Of a stretch of 64,000 nt of DNA, positions 26,484-36,339 are shown piece by piece. Origin of the DNA: a virus. The position numbers were made by a program, and so were the translations under genes. Below the pieces are notes generated by a model. It was given only the letters and a program-made list of their open reading frames with translations. It was not told the DNA's origin and did not search any database. How positions within the stretch are numbered: the stretch's first letter is position 1; each line of letters begins with the position of its first letter. The DNA is taken from positions 37,265 to 101,264 of the IMG/VR virus record IMGVR_UViG_3300037541_000632. One strand, 5' to 3'.

Positions 26484-26932
26484 CAGGAAAGATTTTCAGG
26501 TGTTCGAATGAAAGATCTAAATGGTTCTTTTCTAATTAATAAAACATGCGGATATTTAGGATGATACTGAATTCTTTGTTCTCTAAATTTAACACTGTGG
26601 TGTAAGCCTTTAGGATAAAATATAAATGTTAATAATTTCCTACCAAACTTAGGATCATGCATGCATAAATTCATAGCATCAAAATCACCCAAGGGTCTTG
26701 GTATGTTAAATTCTTTATCAATAGGTACAACAAATTGTTTGTACACTTCAATTGCGGAGTAGTATTCGCAAAGGGGAATATGGCTACCCACCATCTGATA
26801 ATGCTCCTCTTTGAAATTATCCAAAGAATCAGCGCTTTTAATAAGCGGTTTAGCTAAATGTATTTTATTTGGATCGGTCTTAAAATGTAATAACTCGATC
26901 CACCCATTGATACACTCCGTATTTGAAGACAT
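26483..26932 (-). CDS. hypothetical protein
   Basis: likely start MSSNTEC, which avoids overlap with the upstream gene. Confidence 0.6.
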   Translation of the reverse strand: MSSNTECINGWIELLHFKTDPNKIHLAKPLIKSADSLDNFKEEHYQMVGSHIPLCEYYSAIEVYKQFVVPIDKEFNIPRPLGDFDAMNLCMHDPKFGRKLLTFIFYPKGLHHSVKFREQRIQYHPKYPHVLLIRKEPFRSFIRTPENLS

Positions 26933-26940
26933 ATTACTCA

Positions 26941-27372
26941 CTATAGCGAAATTAAAGGATAAAGCAACGCAGTGACACCATGCCATTGATTAACGCATAG
27001 CGTAGGTTTTTGCAACCTATCTAGAATTCTTTGTGTTTCAGCACTTACAGTTTCTGGACCGACAGCCTGACAAATAAACAGGCCGTCTTTACCTGAAACA
27101 AGAGCATCAGTCAATAGCATAGGAGAATCAGTAGATTCAATCAGTTGCCATAAATGACTTTTGTTCTTTGGAAACATAAATTCACCAAATACAGGGAACG
27201 TCTCGTAGACGCACAGCAGGTCACGAAAAACCAAGGGCAAAGAAGAACACGAAGCATCGACCACAGAAAATAGATCCGACAGAGTTTCATAATCTGTCGG
27301 ATCTATTCTGAAGTGTTTAGCAACGTGAGTAATTAGCCTATGCTCATTCGTCTTGGGTTGTGAATTCCTCAC
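26941..27372 (-). CDS. hypothetical protein
   Basis: 143-aa ORF in operon; start uncertain. Confidence 0.55.
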   Translation of the reverse strand: MRNSQPKTNEHRLITHVAKHFRIDPTDYETLSDLFSVVDASCSSLPLVFRDLLCVYETFPVFGEFMFPKNKSHLWQLIESTDSPMLLTDALVSGKDGLFICQAVGPETVSAETQRILDRLQKPTLCVNQWHGVTALLYPLISL

Positions 27373-28969
27373 TGGAATTTAATTCTTGATTATTATCTAT
27401 ATCTTCAATAATAGAATTCAGATGTGCATTTTCTTCTGGAGAAGAATCAGGTTGTTCAGCTACACTGAAACCATTTCCTTGCTCCATTTTCTGACGTAAA
27501 GCCTCGAGAGCTTCTTGGTCCATCTGTCTTCCTAACTCAATCTCAGATTCGATAGAGTCATCATGTTCAGTATGATAATTCTTTTCAATCGTAGATTTAA
27601 TATTATCAACAACATCAATATAACCATTGATGCCTAACTGCTTACCAAGATTAAACTTAACTTCCTGGTTATCATTAAATGCTTCACAGAATTCATCTGC
27701 AGATACTTCTGTAACTCCCAACACCGGGCTGGAGAATTTAGAACCTTTAACGGATGTACTCATCCATTTCTGCTCCGCACACATAGTAGCAAAACCAATA
27801 TTAAAATTGATTGCTGAATCCATGTGAGTCAAAGTATCGTTATAGAAACCTGTTCGCAGCTCATAGAAAAACTTAACATTGTCATGCCCAAGAGAATTCT
27901 TAGCGACACGACAAGTAATTAAGTTTCCAGTGACATCTCCGGAACCATTTTTAGCCAATCCTTTACGCGACAAAATCAAAGTCAGCGCGGTGTTTTGACG
28001 TAAAGCTTTACCACCAATACAAGTTTTATTAAATAGCGCGCTGGTCTCTGGCGACATGAATGTCGGACCGCTGCCACCCATATCAATCTTATCGTTTTGA
28101 TGATTTACTACAATCAGCACAACGTTGTATTGTTTAAGAAATGCTGGAAGAAGACGACACCACTTATGAGCCCACTTGGCATGGCCAAGGTTTGAGCCCT
28201 CGCTGATCTCTTTGAATTTCTTCTTCTTAGCATCAGACATATTATCCCCATAGTTATAAAAGCCTGCAGCTTCGTCAGGATTTAATAGCTTAGACCACGG
28301 GTCTACGGCAATAACAATAGGTACGTGCATAGGAACGCGTGGCGTATCCTTTGTACCTTTAGTTCCTCGGGCGATATAAACGAAGTCTTTCATCGCTTGC
28401 CACATATGGTCCAGTGAATTCACTGGCTCTACGCGTAAGCGCTCAAGCATTTTATAAGCTCGAGTAATGCTAGGATGTAACGCTCGCATTACTCGAGGTG
28501 GCGGAATCTGCTTTGACTCGCACTCTAGATAAAGGGCAGGACACCCAACATCCATAGCGCTACCAAGCATATGCATCACAAGAGTAGATTTACCGATACC
28601 TTCCGCACCGATAATATCTATAATTTTTTGAGGAGGTACACCGTATTGTCCTACTGCATATTGAAGTAAGAAATGTTTGAATGGGAAAGCAAAACCTTCC
28701 TGTATATCAGACATCTTCTTGAAGCTTACACTTTGATTCTTTCTAGAAGAAACAGCACCGTCTAAGGCAACTTTAAATTTGTCACCATAGTCTTCTTCGC
28801 TGTCTAGAAAGTGAAAGCCATAATCAATATTAATTCCCGGTACCGTAACTGGTGGACTTTCAATCGTATCATTATCTAATAAAGACTCTACAGCTGATTC
28901 GTGAGCTGTCTCTTTTTTGGCGGAGCCCGGTGGGCGACCTCTGCGTTTTTTAGGAATATCTGAAATCAT
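27344..28969 (-). CDS. RecA/UvsX-like recombinase
   Basis: Walker A GAEGIGKST, YLECE, IAVD, IVVNHQ, GGKAL, RVAKNS; start at MISDIPK after a hairpin at about 28994-29019. Confidence 0.85.
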   Translation of the reverse strand: MISDIPKKRRGRPPGSAKKETAHESAVESLLDNDTIESPPVTVPGINIDYGFHFLDSEEDYGDKFKVALDGAVSSRKNQSVSFKKMSDIQEGFAFPFKHFLLQYAVGQYGVPPQKIIDIIGAEGIGKSTLVMHMLGSAMDVGCPALYLECESKQIPPPRVMRALHPSITRAYKMLERLRVEPVNSLDHMWQAMKDFVYIARGTKGTKDTPRVPMHVPIVIAVDPWSKLLNPDEAAGFYNYGDNMSDAKKKKFKEISEGSNLGHAKWAHKWCRLLPAFLKQYNVVLIVVNHQNDKIDMGGSGPTFMSPETSALFNKTCIGGKALRQNTALTLILSRKGLAKNGSGDVTGNLITCRVAKNSLGHDNVKFFYELRTGFYNDTLTHMDSAINFNIGFATMCAEQKWMSTSVKGSKFSSPVLGVTEVSADEFCEAFNDNQEVKFNLGKQLGINGYIDVVDNIKSTIEKNYHTEHDDSIESEIELGRQMDQEALEALRQKMEQGNGFSVAEQPDSSPEENAHLNSIIEDIDNNQELNSSEEFTTQDE

Positions 28970-29030
28970 AAAATATCTAGTATAGAAAATTAACGCGCTG
29001 CATGTTTCCATGCAGCGCGCGGCGAACTAA

Positions 29031-30617
29031 CTAAGCTTTCTCGATGCGGGAGGCGTACTTTACAAACTTAGTTAAGTCTGGAGTTGAGAGCGAACCTTGA
29101 TCGAATGTAGCTTTTAGAGTATTATACTCCGCTAGCTCTTCTGCTGTTAAGGCAGAAGGGCTAGGAGCAGCCTGTTTAACCGGCAGTACGGGTGGAGGCG
29201 TACTAGGCATAGCAGGGATAGTAGGAACTGCAGCAGGTTGTGGCGCTGCAGCTATGTTTGCGCTAGGAAGCGGCGGAGGCATCGGCTTGTTTGGCGGAGT
29301 TGAGAACCCTGCTTCACCTGGTGATTGCCATGCGCTATTAGCGCCCGTAGAGCAGAACATAAATGTATGCCCTAGGTTCTTATTTATAAGATCTTGTACC
29401 TCAGGACGGGTATAAGTAGCATCGTCTATATTACCGTTCATAGAAACCCAGAACCTTTCTGCAGCAGGAGCTGGAGGAGGCGGAGGAGTACTCATAGAAG
29501 CAGGTATTTCCCACGGAGGAGCTTCCGTGGTGTGGACTGGAGTTGGTGCAGGTTTAATCGCAGGAGCTACAGGTTTCTGAACAAACGGATTTACTACCGG
29601 GGGACGGTAGGAATCCATGTCTTCGTCTTCAGCGGAAGCACCAGGGAACACCTTGGCTTTACTTGGACGAGCAGGAACATGTGCGTAATTACTGCAAACT
29701 TCCTCAATAATATTATAAGGAATTGCACCGTCTTCTACGAGGAATTCTACGATCTCCTGAGCCTCCATAATCTTGAATGAAGAGTTGTCACCGTAAAGAT
29801 GATAACGCCCAGCAAGAGCTTCTGCAGGCACAGGGGCCTGTCTAACACCCTTTAGAGATTTATGAGATCCTGTGGTAAACACGAAACCATTAAATGGCTG
29901 CGGATTAGATGGAATAGATGTGGTTTCCACAAATATACCAGTATTAGGATCGGTGATGTCACCATAAAGATAATGAGGCCAGTTAGGATCAATGGTCTGC
30001 TCATGCGCAGGACGCCATTCGGATAACTTACCAGACAGATCTTCAAACGCCTTTTGCGAAACATCGATCAAATAATTTCTAGGATTACGGTCAACTCCGT
30101 TTGTGCCGTAGAAATTAAATACATAACGACGCTGAGAATAAGGAATAACAATCTTGGCATCTTTCTTGTTTTCAGGACGCTCAGTCAAAGCGCGGATGCT
30201 AGGATCATCGTGTTTCTTGGCGTAATTACGAATATCCTGCACCGGATCAATGAGCTCAGGACCGCGCGATACACTATGAGTGAATCGCCGAGTGGCCGGG
30301 CTCAGGAAAGAAACCTGCTTATTACCGAACCAGGAGTAGGCAGCCACAACAGCAAAAAAAGCGTTGAGTACTGGCTGATTAGTTTCTGAATCGATGTTGT
30401 CTGCATTGCGATAAGGCATCCAAGAATTAAGGAATTCTGCGTCTGCCTGCGACAATGCGTAATTAAATGCTGGTAGAATTCTACCAGAATAAGCTTTCTT
30501 CTGTGTGGGAGTACCACCATAAACGCCTGTTTTAAAATAACCACCCCAGTAGCTATTTTCTTTTTCGGCTTTGAGTTGCTTTTGAATTTGTGAATAATCA
30601 GTAGGAATGAATGACAT
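29031..30617 (-). CDS. hypothetical protein, candidate ssDNA-binding/annealing protein with Pro-rich tail
   Basis: lies between polA and the recombinase; aromatic-rich N-terminal domain, Pro-rich linker, small C-terminal domain; function inferred from context only. Confidence 0.45.
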   Translation of the reverse strand: MSFIPTDYSQIQKQLKAEKENSYWGGYFKTGVYGGTPTQKKAYSGRILPAFNYALSQADAEFLNSWMPYRNADNIDSETNQPVLNAFFAVVAAYSWFGNKQVSFLSPATRRFTHSVSRGPELIDPVQDIRNYAKKHDDPSIRALTERPENKKDAKIVIPYSQRRYVFNFYGTNGVDRNPRNYLIDVSQKAFEDLSGKLSEWRPAHEQTIDPNWPHYLYGDITDPNTGIFVETTSIPSNPQPFNGFVFTTGSHKSLKGVRQAPVPAEALAGRYHLYGDNSSFKIMEAQEIVEFLVEDGAIPYNIIEEVCSNYAHVPARPSKAKVFPGASAEDEDMDSYRPPVVNPFVQKPVAPAIKPAPTPVHTTEAPPWEIPASMSTPPPPPAPAAERFWVSMNGNIDDATYTRPEVQDLINKNLGHTFMFCSTGANSAWQSPGEAGFSTPPNKPMPPPLPSANIAAAPQPAAVPTIPAMPSTPPPVLPVKQAAPSPSALTAEELAEYNTLKATFDQGSLSTPDLTKFVKYASRIEKA

Positions 30618-30618
30618 A

Positions 30619-33600
30619 TCAGTTGGTTTTGTAATTTTTATCTTCTAACAATTTAGTTTCATCTTTAGTAGGTTTCGCGGACCAGCGGTAACAAAACAGC
30701 TGATCAATAGGATAGTTCATTTTTCTTCCGTGGTACTCCCATGTGTTCTCATCCGTCATAAAGAGCTGGTGCAATTGTGCAACCTTAAATCGTTCTTCAA
30801 GAGGACAAAGAGTAACAACGGAATCATATAAAATAATCAATGGTCTAGCCTTCATGTTTAACTTGATGTAGGCATCTAGCAACCACTTACCTGCACGGGC
30901 AGCAGTGGCAGCTACACTTTCCTGCATCGGGAAGTTTCGGGCTTCTCGACCCATAGACTTAAACAGACCCATAGTCAAATGCTCATCGATATCGTCCAAG
31001 TATTTGGGGTCATGCGAAGAGAAGTGACGAATACGTCCTGAAGATGCCCGGTAATATCCAGGCTTCTCTGGAACGCGTTCCATCTTTATCAGAAAGTCCT
31101 GAGCAACTGGCTGCCGCTTTTCAAGAGCTTTAAGCAACCGCTGACCAGTACCTTCCTCGGGTTTCTTTCCTGTATCCTGTTCAATTTTACGCTCTAGAGT
31201 AGAAGCGGAGGCACCGTAAGCTGAGTTAGATATGAGTACACCATTAGCGGTAAACCTATGTCTAGGTCCTGCGTTAATTATATCGTAGACAGGCTCTTTT
31301 GTGAGCTTAAAACCCTTTTCTTCGAGTATGCTTCTAACTGCGCGTCCTCCATCCCCTGTCTCATCAATCTGTGAGTAGTAGCTACGCTGAGCTTTAAGCC
31401 AAGCCTCTCTATCTTCTGACTGATTGACTCTAACTTTGCGGATGATTTTTCCCAGGCGGCTACTAACTGCTCGTCGGATAAACCTGAGCGAATCAGTTTT
31501 CTTACAGTGCTGTCTGCAAAGCCTATACCTAAGCGAGAGGCGCGCTGTAAAGCAGACTCTTCGCGTTGCCTGGCTTTTCGAATACTCAGAGTTAACTCTT
31601 TGTGCTTGTTTACATGTGCTATTACATCCTGATCGGTTAATCCTTTCCGATACAATTTCATTATCTGTTTCTCGCCTACACTCAAGTCTAGATTCAATTT
31701 TATTAGATTTCTGGCTTGTAATACTTTCGCATTTGATAGTATTGCATTCCGACTTTTTAATTCTCCGGACTTTACTTTCTCGAATATCTCTTTTTCTGTT
31801 ACACCCATTTGAAGCATGTTCCAAATGGTCCGCATGGCCACTGGTAAATTCGGGTGCGTAGTTATTATAGCTTCTGCGCGCGTACGAAAGGACCATTTTG
31901 ATGCTCTTGTATTCCGTAGATTCATCAGCCGCGTTACAAGGCGCAAATTTTCTTTCGAGTAATGCCCGGAATTGTCTATACGATCGAAATCCAAACCTTT
32001 GAAGTTTGTAGTCGGCCATAGGTCTAAAGCCCATTGTACAAAGTCGCCTAGAGAAGTGAATAATACTTTTATCCCTCGACCTTTGTAATTTACAGAAGAT
32101 ACGTGCGTGTCTTTGTAGCAACGCTGAATCATTGCGTGATAACGGGCTCTTAACATTTTGGCTCTGGGGTCGGAACAGCGGAAGGGTTTGTTCCTCTTTG
32201 ATTTTCCAGCCGTTGATAGCGGCATCCCCGAAGCAACATTTATTTCCGTTAGCAAGCCAGATGACGTGATCTGGAGTTGCCGCCAGACCTTGATATCTGA
32301 TTGTGAATCTATTTCCTTGGTACTGTGTTCCTTCATGACTTACCCACTCTAAGCCATCCCACAGCATATCGTCAAGTGATATGTTAGTAACGAGTTTTGG
32401 CCCTGAAGGCGTGCGTACGTAGGAGTCTTTAGATATACACGAAAAATTTCCTACCTTAGCAGCACCACGGTCTTTTTTATCATCAAGCACTTCTCTTGGT
32501 TTAACATGAACCATCTCAGCTAGAGACCAGTGAAGGTCTTGCTTTGGATGTTTCAAAGAACCATCGTCTTTTCTTATTAAGGAGGGGTCATCCGGAGATA
32601 TGAGGAGGTGTTTGTATTCTTCCTGTGTGGAAGCAGGAAATACTTCATGAGGGAAAGACAGACGAACTTTCTTATCGTCTTTAGTCACTGCAAAATTTAG
32701 ATCAGGATTACAAACAATATCAATCAGGTTCTTATCGCCTGAGATAAATGCTAGTCCTCTAATTTCTGCAGTCTGATAGTCCGACTCAACGAAACACCAA
32801 CCTTCAGGTGCCTTAACACAGCTACGTATAGAAGGCACCTCAATCTTGTATTCGCCTTTAGCATCCTTAACAATAAATTTATCAAACTCTTCTGGTAATT
32901 CTCCGCGTTCTTTTATTTTACCGAACAGGTCGGATATACCATTGGAAATCATAGAGTTAACGTAGCTAGGCCAGTTTAGCGAGTTGGGCTTCCAACTGCG
33001 AGGCCGTCCAGTTTCCGTAGTACTCATCTGACCATGCACGCGATTATCGCTGCATAGATAAAAATGAAGACCGTTTTCTTTTACAACATTACCGTCAGCA
33101 TCTATGTCGGCTTCCTTGAGGAAAGCTTTGCAGATATTACCCACAGCATTCAGCTGTAGAAGTTTGCGTAAAATCCTATCGTTATTTTTTTCTGACAGAA
33201 TCTGTAGCGTTTGTTTATCTACAGCCGGATTATAATTCTTCTGCGCCTCAGGAGGCATAGACTTAATCTTCTCCCATGCCGTAGCAGGAAGTCCTTTCTC
33301 TTTGTTGCTAGTCGATTTAATCGGCTCATACCCTTTAACACTAAATAGCCAGCGTTTCAAATGTGCAGCAGATCTAATATTAAAATGGGCGCTATCAATG
33401 AAATGATCAAAGATAGCTTTCAGCTTGGGTACATCATCGGGCTTTTTGGCTGCTCCTTTGAGTACGGCCCAAGCTTGCGCATGCTCGGAATTAACAACTA
33501 AAGAAATGAACTCTAAATATTTTTCAGATGCAAGCTCAGGAGGTAGCCTGGTTGCAAATGCCATGAGAACAAAGTTCTTAGCTTCCGTATGAATATCTTC

Positions 33601-35019
33601 ACGTAGGATAACTTCCATTTTGTCTCTAGCAAATGTATATAACACTCTAAGCTCGTCCATTGTAGTGACATCCATCGGAAGTCCAACCAAGGCGAAGCTT
33701 ATAAACACATCCGTAACAAACGGATGGAAAATATCATTATAATAATCTACAAGATCTTGTATTTGCAGACTACGATAAATAAATGGCCAAGCACGGAATA
33801 CTGTGTCCACGTCCTTGCAAGCATATGGAATAAGTATGTCGTCAGGTATAGCACCGTAACCACCGTCTACCATTAAAGCTTTATTTTGCTTAACCCACAA
33901 AACAAGCTCCAGGTCATAGCGACCCAGGTCCGTGTATTTCATGGCTATACGTTCCAAGGAAAGGTCTTCAGATTCATTAGCTGTCTGCTGAGCAAACTCA
34001 GTATCGAATATACACTTCTCATACCAGTTTAGGCCTAGCACATGATGTAACCAAGGAGCATCCGCAGCAAAGTGATGCCCTATATATTTAACATGTTCCT
34101 GATCTAACCATTCAGAAAGTATAGCACCAGCTTCTTTATAAGATACATCAAATACATAGTTACCTTTGTCATCCATCCAGCGGACGTAACAAGCTTTTCC
34201 TGGAGCCCAGCAAAACTGGGTGCTACGCAGTTTACCATCGATATGATTGTTACCTGCCCACTCGCAGTCAACACTGATTACATTAAAACTATTTTGTTTC
34301 CAATTACTAACCACGCGTTTTAAATCTGCAGAGTTAGTAATTGTCTCGTAATCCAAAGCAACTCTATTTGTATTCAGATTGCATATGTCCCTATGCATTC
34401 TATTTATTTCCCGGGCCTCTGTGCGGAACTTCTCTATGTACTCGGGATTAGTTACAAGCTTATAAGTGTCGTCTATTAAATATAATTTAGCTTTATATTT
34501 TTTATTGTAAAACCAGCCACTCTTAGCATCGCTGAGAGATAGCTTAATGTCGGTAAGCAAATCAAAGATAGGCTTACCAATGCACACAATAATTTTAGGA
34601 CTAACGGCTTGTATTTCTTCCTCTAAAGATGGAAGTGCCCAGTTAACAATTTCCTTTGGTATCTTAACTCTTTCATTCTTTGGTAAAAGCCATTTAACCA
34701 AAGATGTGTAGTAGCACTTATATAAGTCTATACCCTCTTGATTAAAGATGTCAGAGAATATTACACCAGCATCTGAACGAAGGTAACGAGGCTGTACTCT
34801 AACACCCTCATTACCGTCCCTTCCTTTAATAAATCTACTAGCCTCCTGCGGTGAAATGCAAGAAGAGATAAACATTATATCTGCAGGACTTACACCCTGC
34901 CCCGCCACAAATGTTACACCATTATGCCCACGTATAGATCCAGTTTTTTCAACTAGAGATAATGGCGGTAAACTATAGTCAGGAACAGGTATTACCTTGT
35001 CCTTCTTTTGATTCTCCAT
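30619..35019 (-). CDS. polA: family A DNA polymerase with N-terminal UDG-like domain, 3'-5' exonuclease and intein
   Basis: exonuclease SVDCEW, TETGR, motif A ESDYQTAEIR, motif B RGAAKVGNFS//SAYG, RNFPMQ, motif C LYDS. Confidence 0.93.
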   Translation of the reverse strand: MENQKKDKVIPVPDYSLPPLSLVEKTGSIRGHNGVTFVAGQGVSPADIMFISSCISPQEASRFIKGRDGNEGVRVQPRYLRSDAGVIFSDIFNQEGIDLYKCYYTSLVKWLLPKNERVKIPKEIVNWALPSLEEEIQAVSPKIIVCIGKPIFDLLTDIKLSLSDAKSGWFYNKKYKAKLYLIDDTYKLVTNPEYIEKFRTEAREINRMHRDICNLNTNRVALDYETITNSADLKRVVSNWKQNSFNVISVDCEWAGNNHIDGKLRSTQFCWAPGKACYVRWMDDKGNYVFDVSYKEAGAILSEWLDQEHVKYIGHHFAADAPWLHHVLGLNWYEKCIFDTEFAQQTANESEDLSLERIAMKYTDLGRYDLELVLWVKQNKALMVDGGYGAIPDDILIPYACKDVDTVFRAWPFIYRSLQIQDLVDYYNDIFHPFVTDVFISFALVGLPMDVTTMDELRVLYTFARDKMEVILREDIHTEAKNFVLMAFATRLPPELASEKYLEFISLVVNSEHAQAWAVLKGAAKKPDDVPKLKAIFDHFIDSAHFNIRSAAHLKRWLFSVKGYEPIKSTSNKEKGLPATAWEKIKSMPPEAQKNYNPAVDKQTLQILSEKNNDRILRKLLQLNAVGNICKAFLKEADIDADGNVVKENGLHFYLCSDNRVHGQMSTTETGRPRSWKPNSLNWPSYVNSMISNGISDLFGKIKERGELPEEFDKFIVKDAKGEYKIEVPSIRSCVKAPEGWCFVESDYQTAEIRGLAFISGDKNLIDIVCNPDLNFAVTKDDKKVRLSFPHEVFPASTQEEYKHLLISPDDPSLIRKDDGSLKHPKQDLHWSLAEMVHVKPREVLDDKKDRGAAKVGNFSCISKDSYVRTPSGPKLVTNISLDDMLWDGLEWVSHEGTQYQGNRFTIRYQGLAATPDHVIWLANGNKCCFGDAAINGWKIKEEQTLPLFRPQSQNVKSPLSRNDSALLQRHARIFCKLQRSRDKSIIHFSRRLCTMGFRPMADYKLQRFGFRSYRQFRALLERKFAPCNAADESTEYKSIKMVLSYARRSYNNYAPEFTSGHADHLEHASNGCNRKRDIRESKVRRIKKSECNTIKCESITSQKSNKIESRLECRRETDNEIVSERINRSGCNSTCKQAQRVNSEYSKSQATRRVCFTARLSLRYRLCRQHCKKTDSLRFIRRAVSSRLGKIIRKVRVNQSEDREAWLKAQRSYYSQIDETGDGGRAVRSILEEKGFKLTKEPVYDIINAGPRHRFTANGVLISNSAYGASASTLERKIEQDTGKKPEEGTGQRLLKALEKRQPVAQDFLIKMERVPEKPGYYRASSGRIRHFSSHDPKYLDDIDEHLTMGLFKSMGREARNFPMQESVAATAARAGKWLLDAYIKLNMKARPLIILYDSVVTLCPLEERFKVAQLHQLFMTDENTWEYHGRKMNYPIDQLFCYRWSAKPTKDETKLLEDKNYKTN
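31225..32439 (-). mobile_element. intein in PolA motif B (405 aa, Cys1...Ser-Asn, +1 Ser)
   Basis: NFS|CISKDSYV...ATPDHVIW...PVYDIINAGPRHRFTANGVLISN|SAYG. Confidence 0.9.
31278..32336 (-). CDS. HNH homing endonuclease nested out of frame inside the PolA intein
   Basis: YHAMIQRCY...NYKGRGIKV...LDFDRIDNSGHYSKENLRLVT...N, followed by repeated helical units; real start may be ATG 32225. Confidence 0.85.
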   Translation of the reverse strand: MKEHSTKEIDSQSDIKVWRQLQITSSGLLTEINVASGMPLSTAGKSKRNKPFRCSDPRAKMLRARYHAMIQRCYKDTHVSSVNYKGRGIKVLFTSLGDFVQWALDLWPTTNFKGLDFDRIDNSGHYSKENLRLVTRLMNLRNTRASKWSFRTRAEAIITTHPNLPVAMRTIWNMLQMGVTEKEIFEKVKSGELKSRNAILSNAKVLQARNLIKLNLDLSVGEKQIMKLYRKGLTDQDVIAHVNKHKELTLSIRKARQREESALQRASRLGIGFADSTVRKLIRSGLSDEQLVAAWEKSSAKLESISQKIERLGLKLSVATTHRLMRQGMEDAQLEAYSKKRVLSSQKSLSTI

Positions 35020-35167
35020 ATTCTTTCAAAACCTCTTCTAGAAATACACACTCATCGTAACGACAGACCCGAAGGCCAGCGTCGAAATCTTCCATAACTG
35101 GCTCATCGTTTAATTTATAAAGATGAGCCAGTCTGGCTGTCAGTTTAAGCTTTAATTTCTTGTCCAC
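34979..35167 (-). CDS. small hypothetical protein
   Basis: 62 aa bridging two genes. Confidence 0.45.
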   Translation of the reverse strand: MDKKLKLKLTARLAHLYKLNDEPVMEDFDAGLRVCRYDECVFLEEVLKEYGESKEGQGNTCS

Positions 35168-36338
35168 TTGATGATTCAGCTAGCATGTACCAATTGATCT
35201 TCAAGTAGTCAATAGCTTTCGCTGTGTAGCGCGCCTGAAAACGAACACAGGGTTCAGGACTGTATAGATAGGCAGGATTGTCTAATTCAAGTTTGTTACC
35301 CTGCGCATCCGTAGGATTGGGCTTTTTCTTGCAGAACACCTGACACACAACAACCATATTGGCACGAGCCATTTCTGATTTGAGAATAGGCGTGCGATGC
35401 GTAGAATTTTTAGTATGAAACACATTGCGTAGCAGCTCCTGGAAATCACTTTTTCTAATAAGATTATTAGTAGAAGGATCAATCCATGAGTCAGAGAACA
35501 AAGAATAAAGCTGGTCACTGTTCAAAAGTCCCAGGCGTGTAAGCTGATCTGCCTTACACTGCTTATTACCTTTTCTGGAAATGTACTGGCTAAGACTTTC
35601 ATCAGTAGATATGTACACGCCATTATCTTTATTATTATCAATATTTAAGTAATTAACTTTAGCAGCAGGCTTTACAGTTGGCTGGGCTATTTTGGCGCGC
35701 AAAACTAATATTTCAGCCTCCAGCTCACGCCGCTTGTTACGTTCAATAAAAAGCTGATCAACAATATTAGTAATATGATGAACTGCATCAATAACATATT
35801 GTTTGTCATCCGAAGTAGGTGTAACCTGCGTGCTACGGGGAGCCTCTTTAATATTGCGTGAAGTGCTAGTCCGGATTGCTGCGGGCTGTGCTTGATAAAG
35901 CGGAAGATTAGAATGCATAGCCTTTTGCTGTGACAACCAAACGCGCATGTCTGCTTTAATAAGATCACTCAAACGAATATGTGCCTTATTAATAAGGTAA
36001 TCTACACCTTCAAGAGTCCACAGCAATTGACGTGTACGTTTGGTTGGTTTGATTTCCTCCGTAACAAAATGCGTTGGCGCGTCATCATGATAGACAGTAA
36101 AGTTATCACTGTAACATGTACCATAACTAGCCAAGTTCTTTGCGCTTACACAAATAAGTTTAGCAAAATTGCTATTAGTAATTAACCATTTTGGTTGCGT
36201 TGTGTCAGCAAGTTTAGCTTCAGCTGTAAAGTACCAAGCATCCTGCTTATTTCCAATCTTATACTGTTTCCAGTAAGTACCTCCGCTACGGACGCGGTGA
36301 TTAATTTCATTAGTAGTGTATGTAGTTTTTGTGCTCAT
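35145..36338 (-). CDS. putative Bro-N/antirepressor-like DNA-binding protein
   Basis: LLWTLEGVDYLI...MRVWL pattern plus a coiled coil; weak match. Confidence 0.4.
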   Translation of the reverse strand: MSTKTTYTTNEINHRVRSGGTYWKQYKIGNKQDAWYFTAEAKLADTTQPKWLITNSNFAKLICVSAKNLASYGTCYSDNFTVYHDDAPTHFVTEEIKPTKRTRQLLWTLEGVDYLINKAHIRLSDLIKADMRVWLSQQKAMHSNLPLYQAQPAAIRTSTSRNIKEAPRSTQVTPTSDDKQYVIDAVHHITNIVDQLFIERNKRRELEAEILVLRAKIAQPTVKPAAKVNYLNIDNNKDNGVYISTDESLSQYISRKGNKQCKADQLTRLGLLNSDQLYSLFSDSWIDPSTNNLIRKSDFQELLRNVFHTKNSTHRTPILKSEMARANMVVVCQVFCKKKPNPTDAQGNKLELDNPAYLYSPEPCVRFQARYTAKAIDYLKINWYMLAESSSGQEIKA

Positions 36339-36339
36339 G

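Noticed and set aside
31424-31861. 145-aa antisense ORF within the dual-coding intein
   Set aside because: No motifs; most simply a shadow ORF
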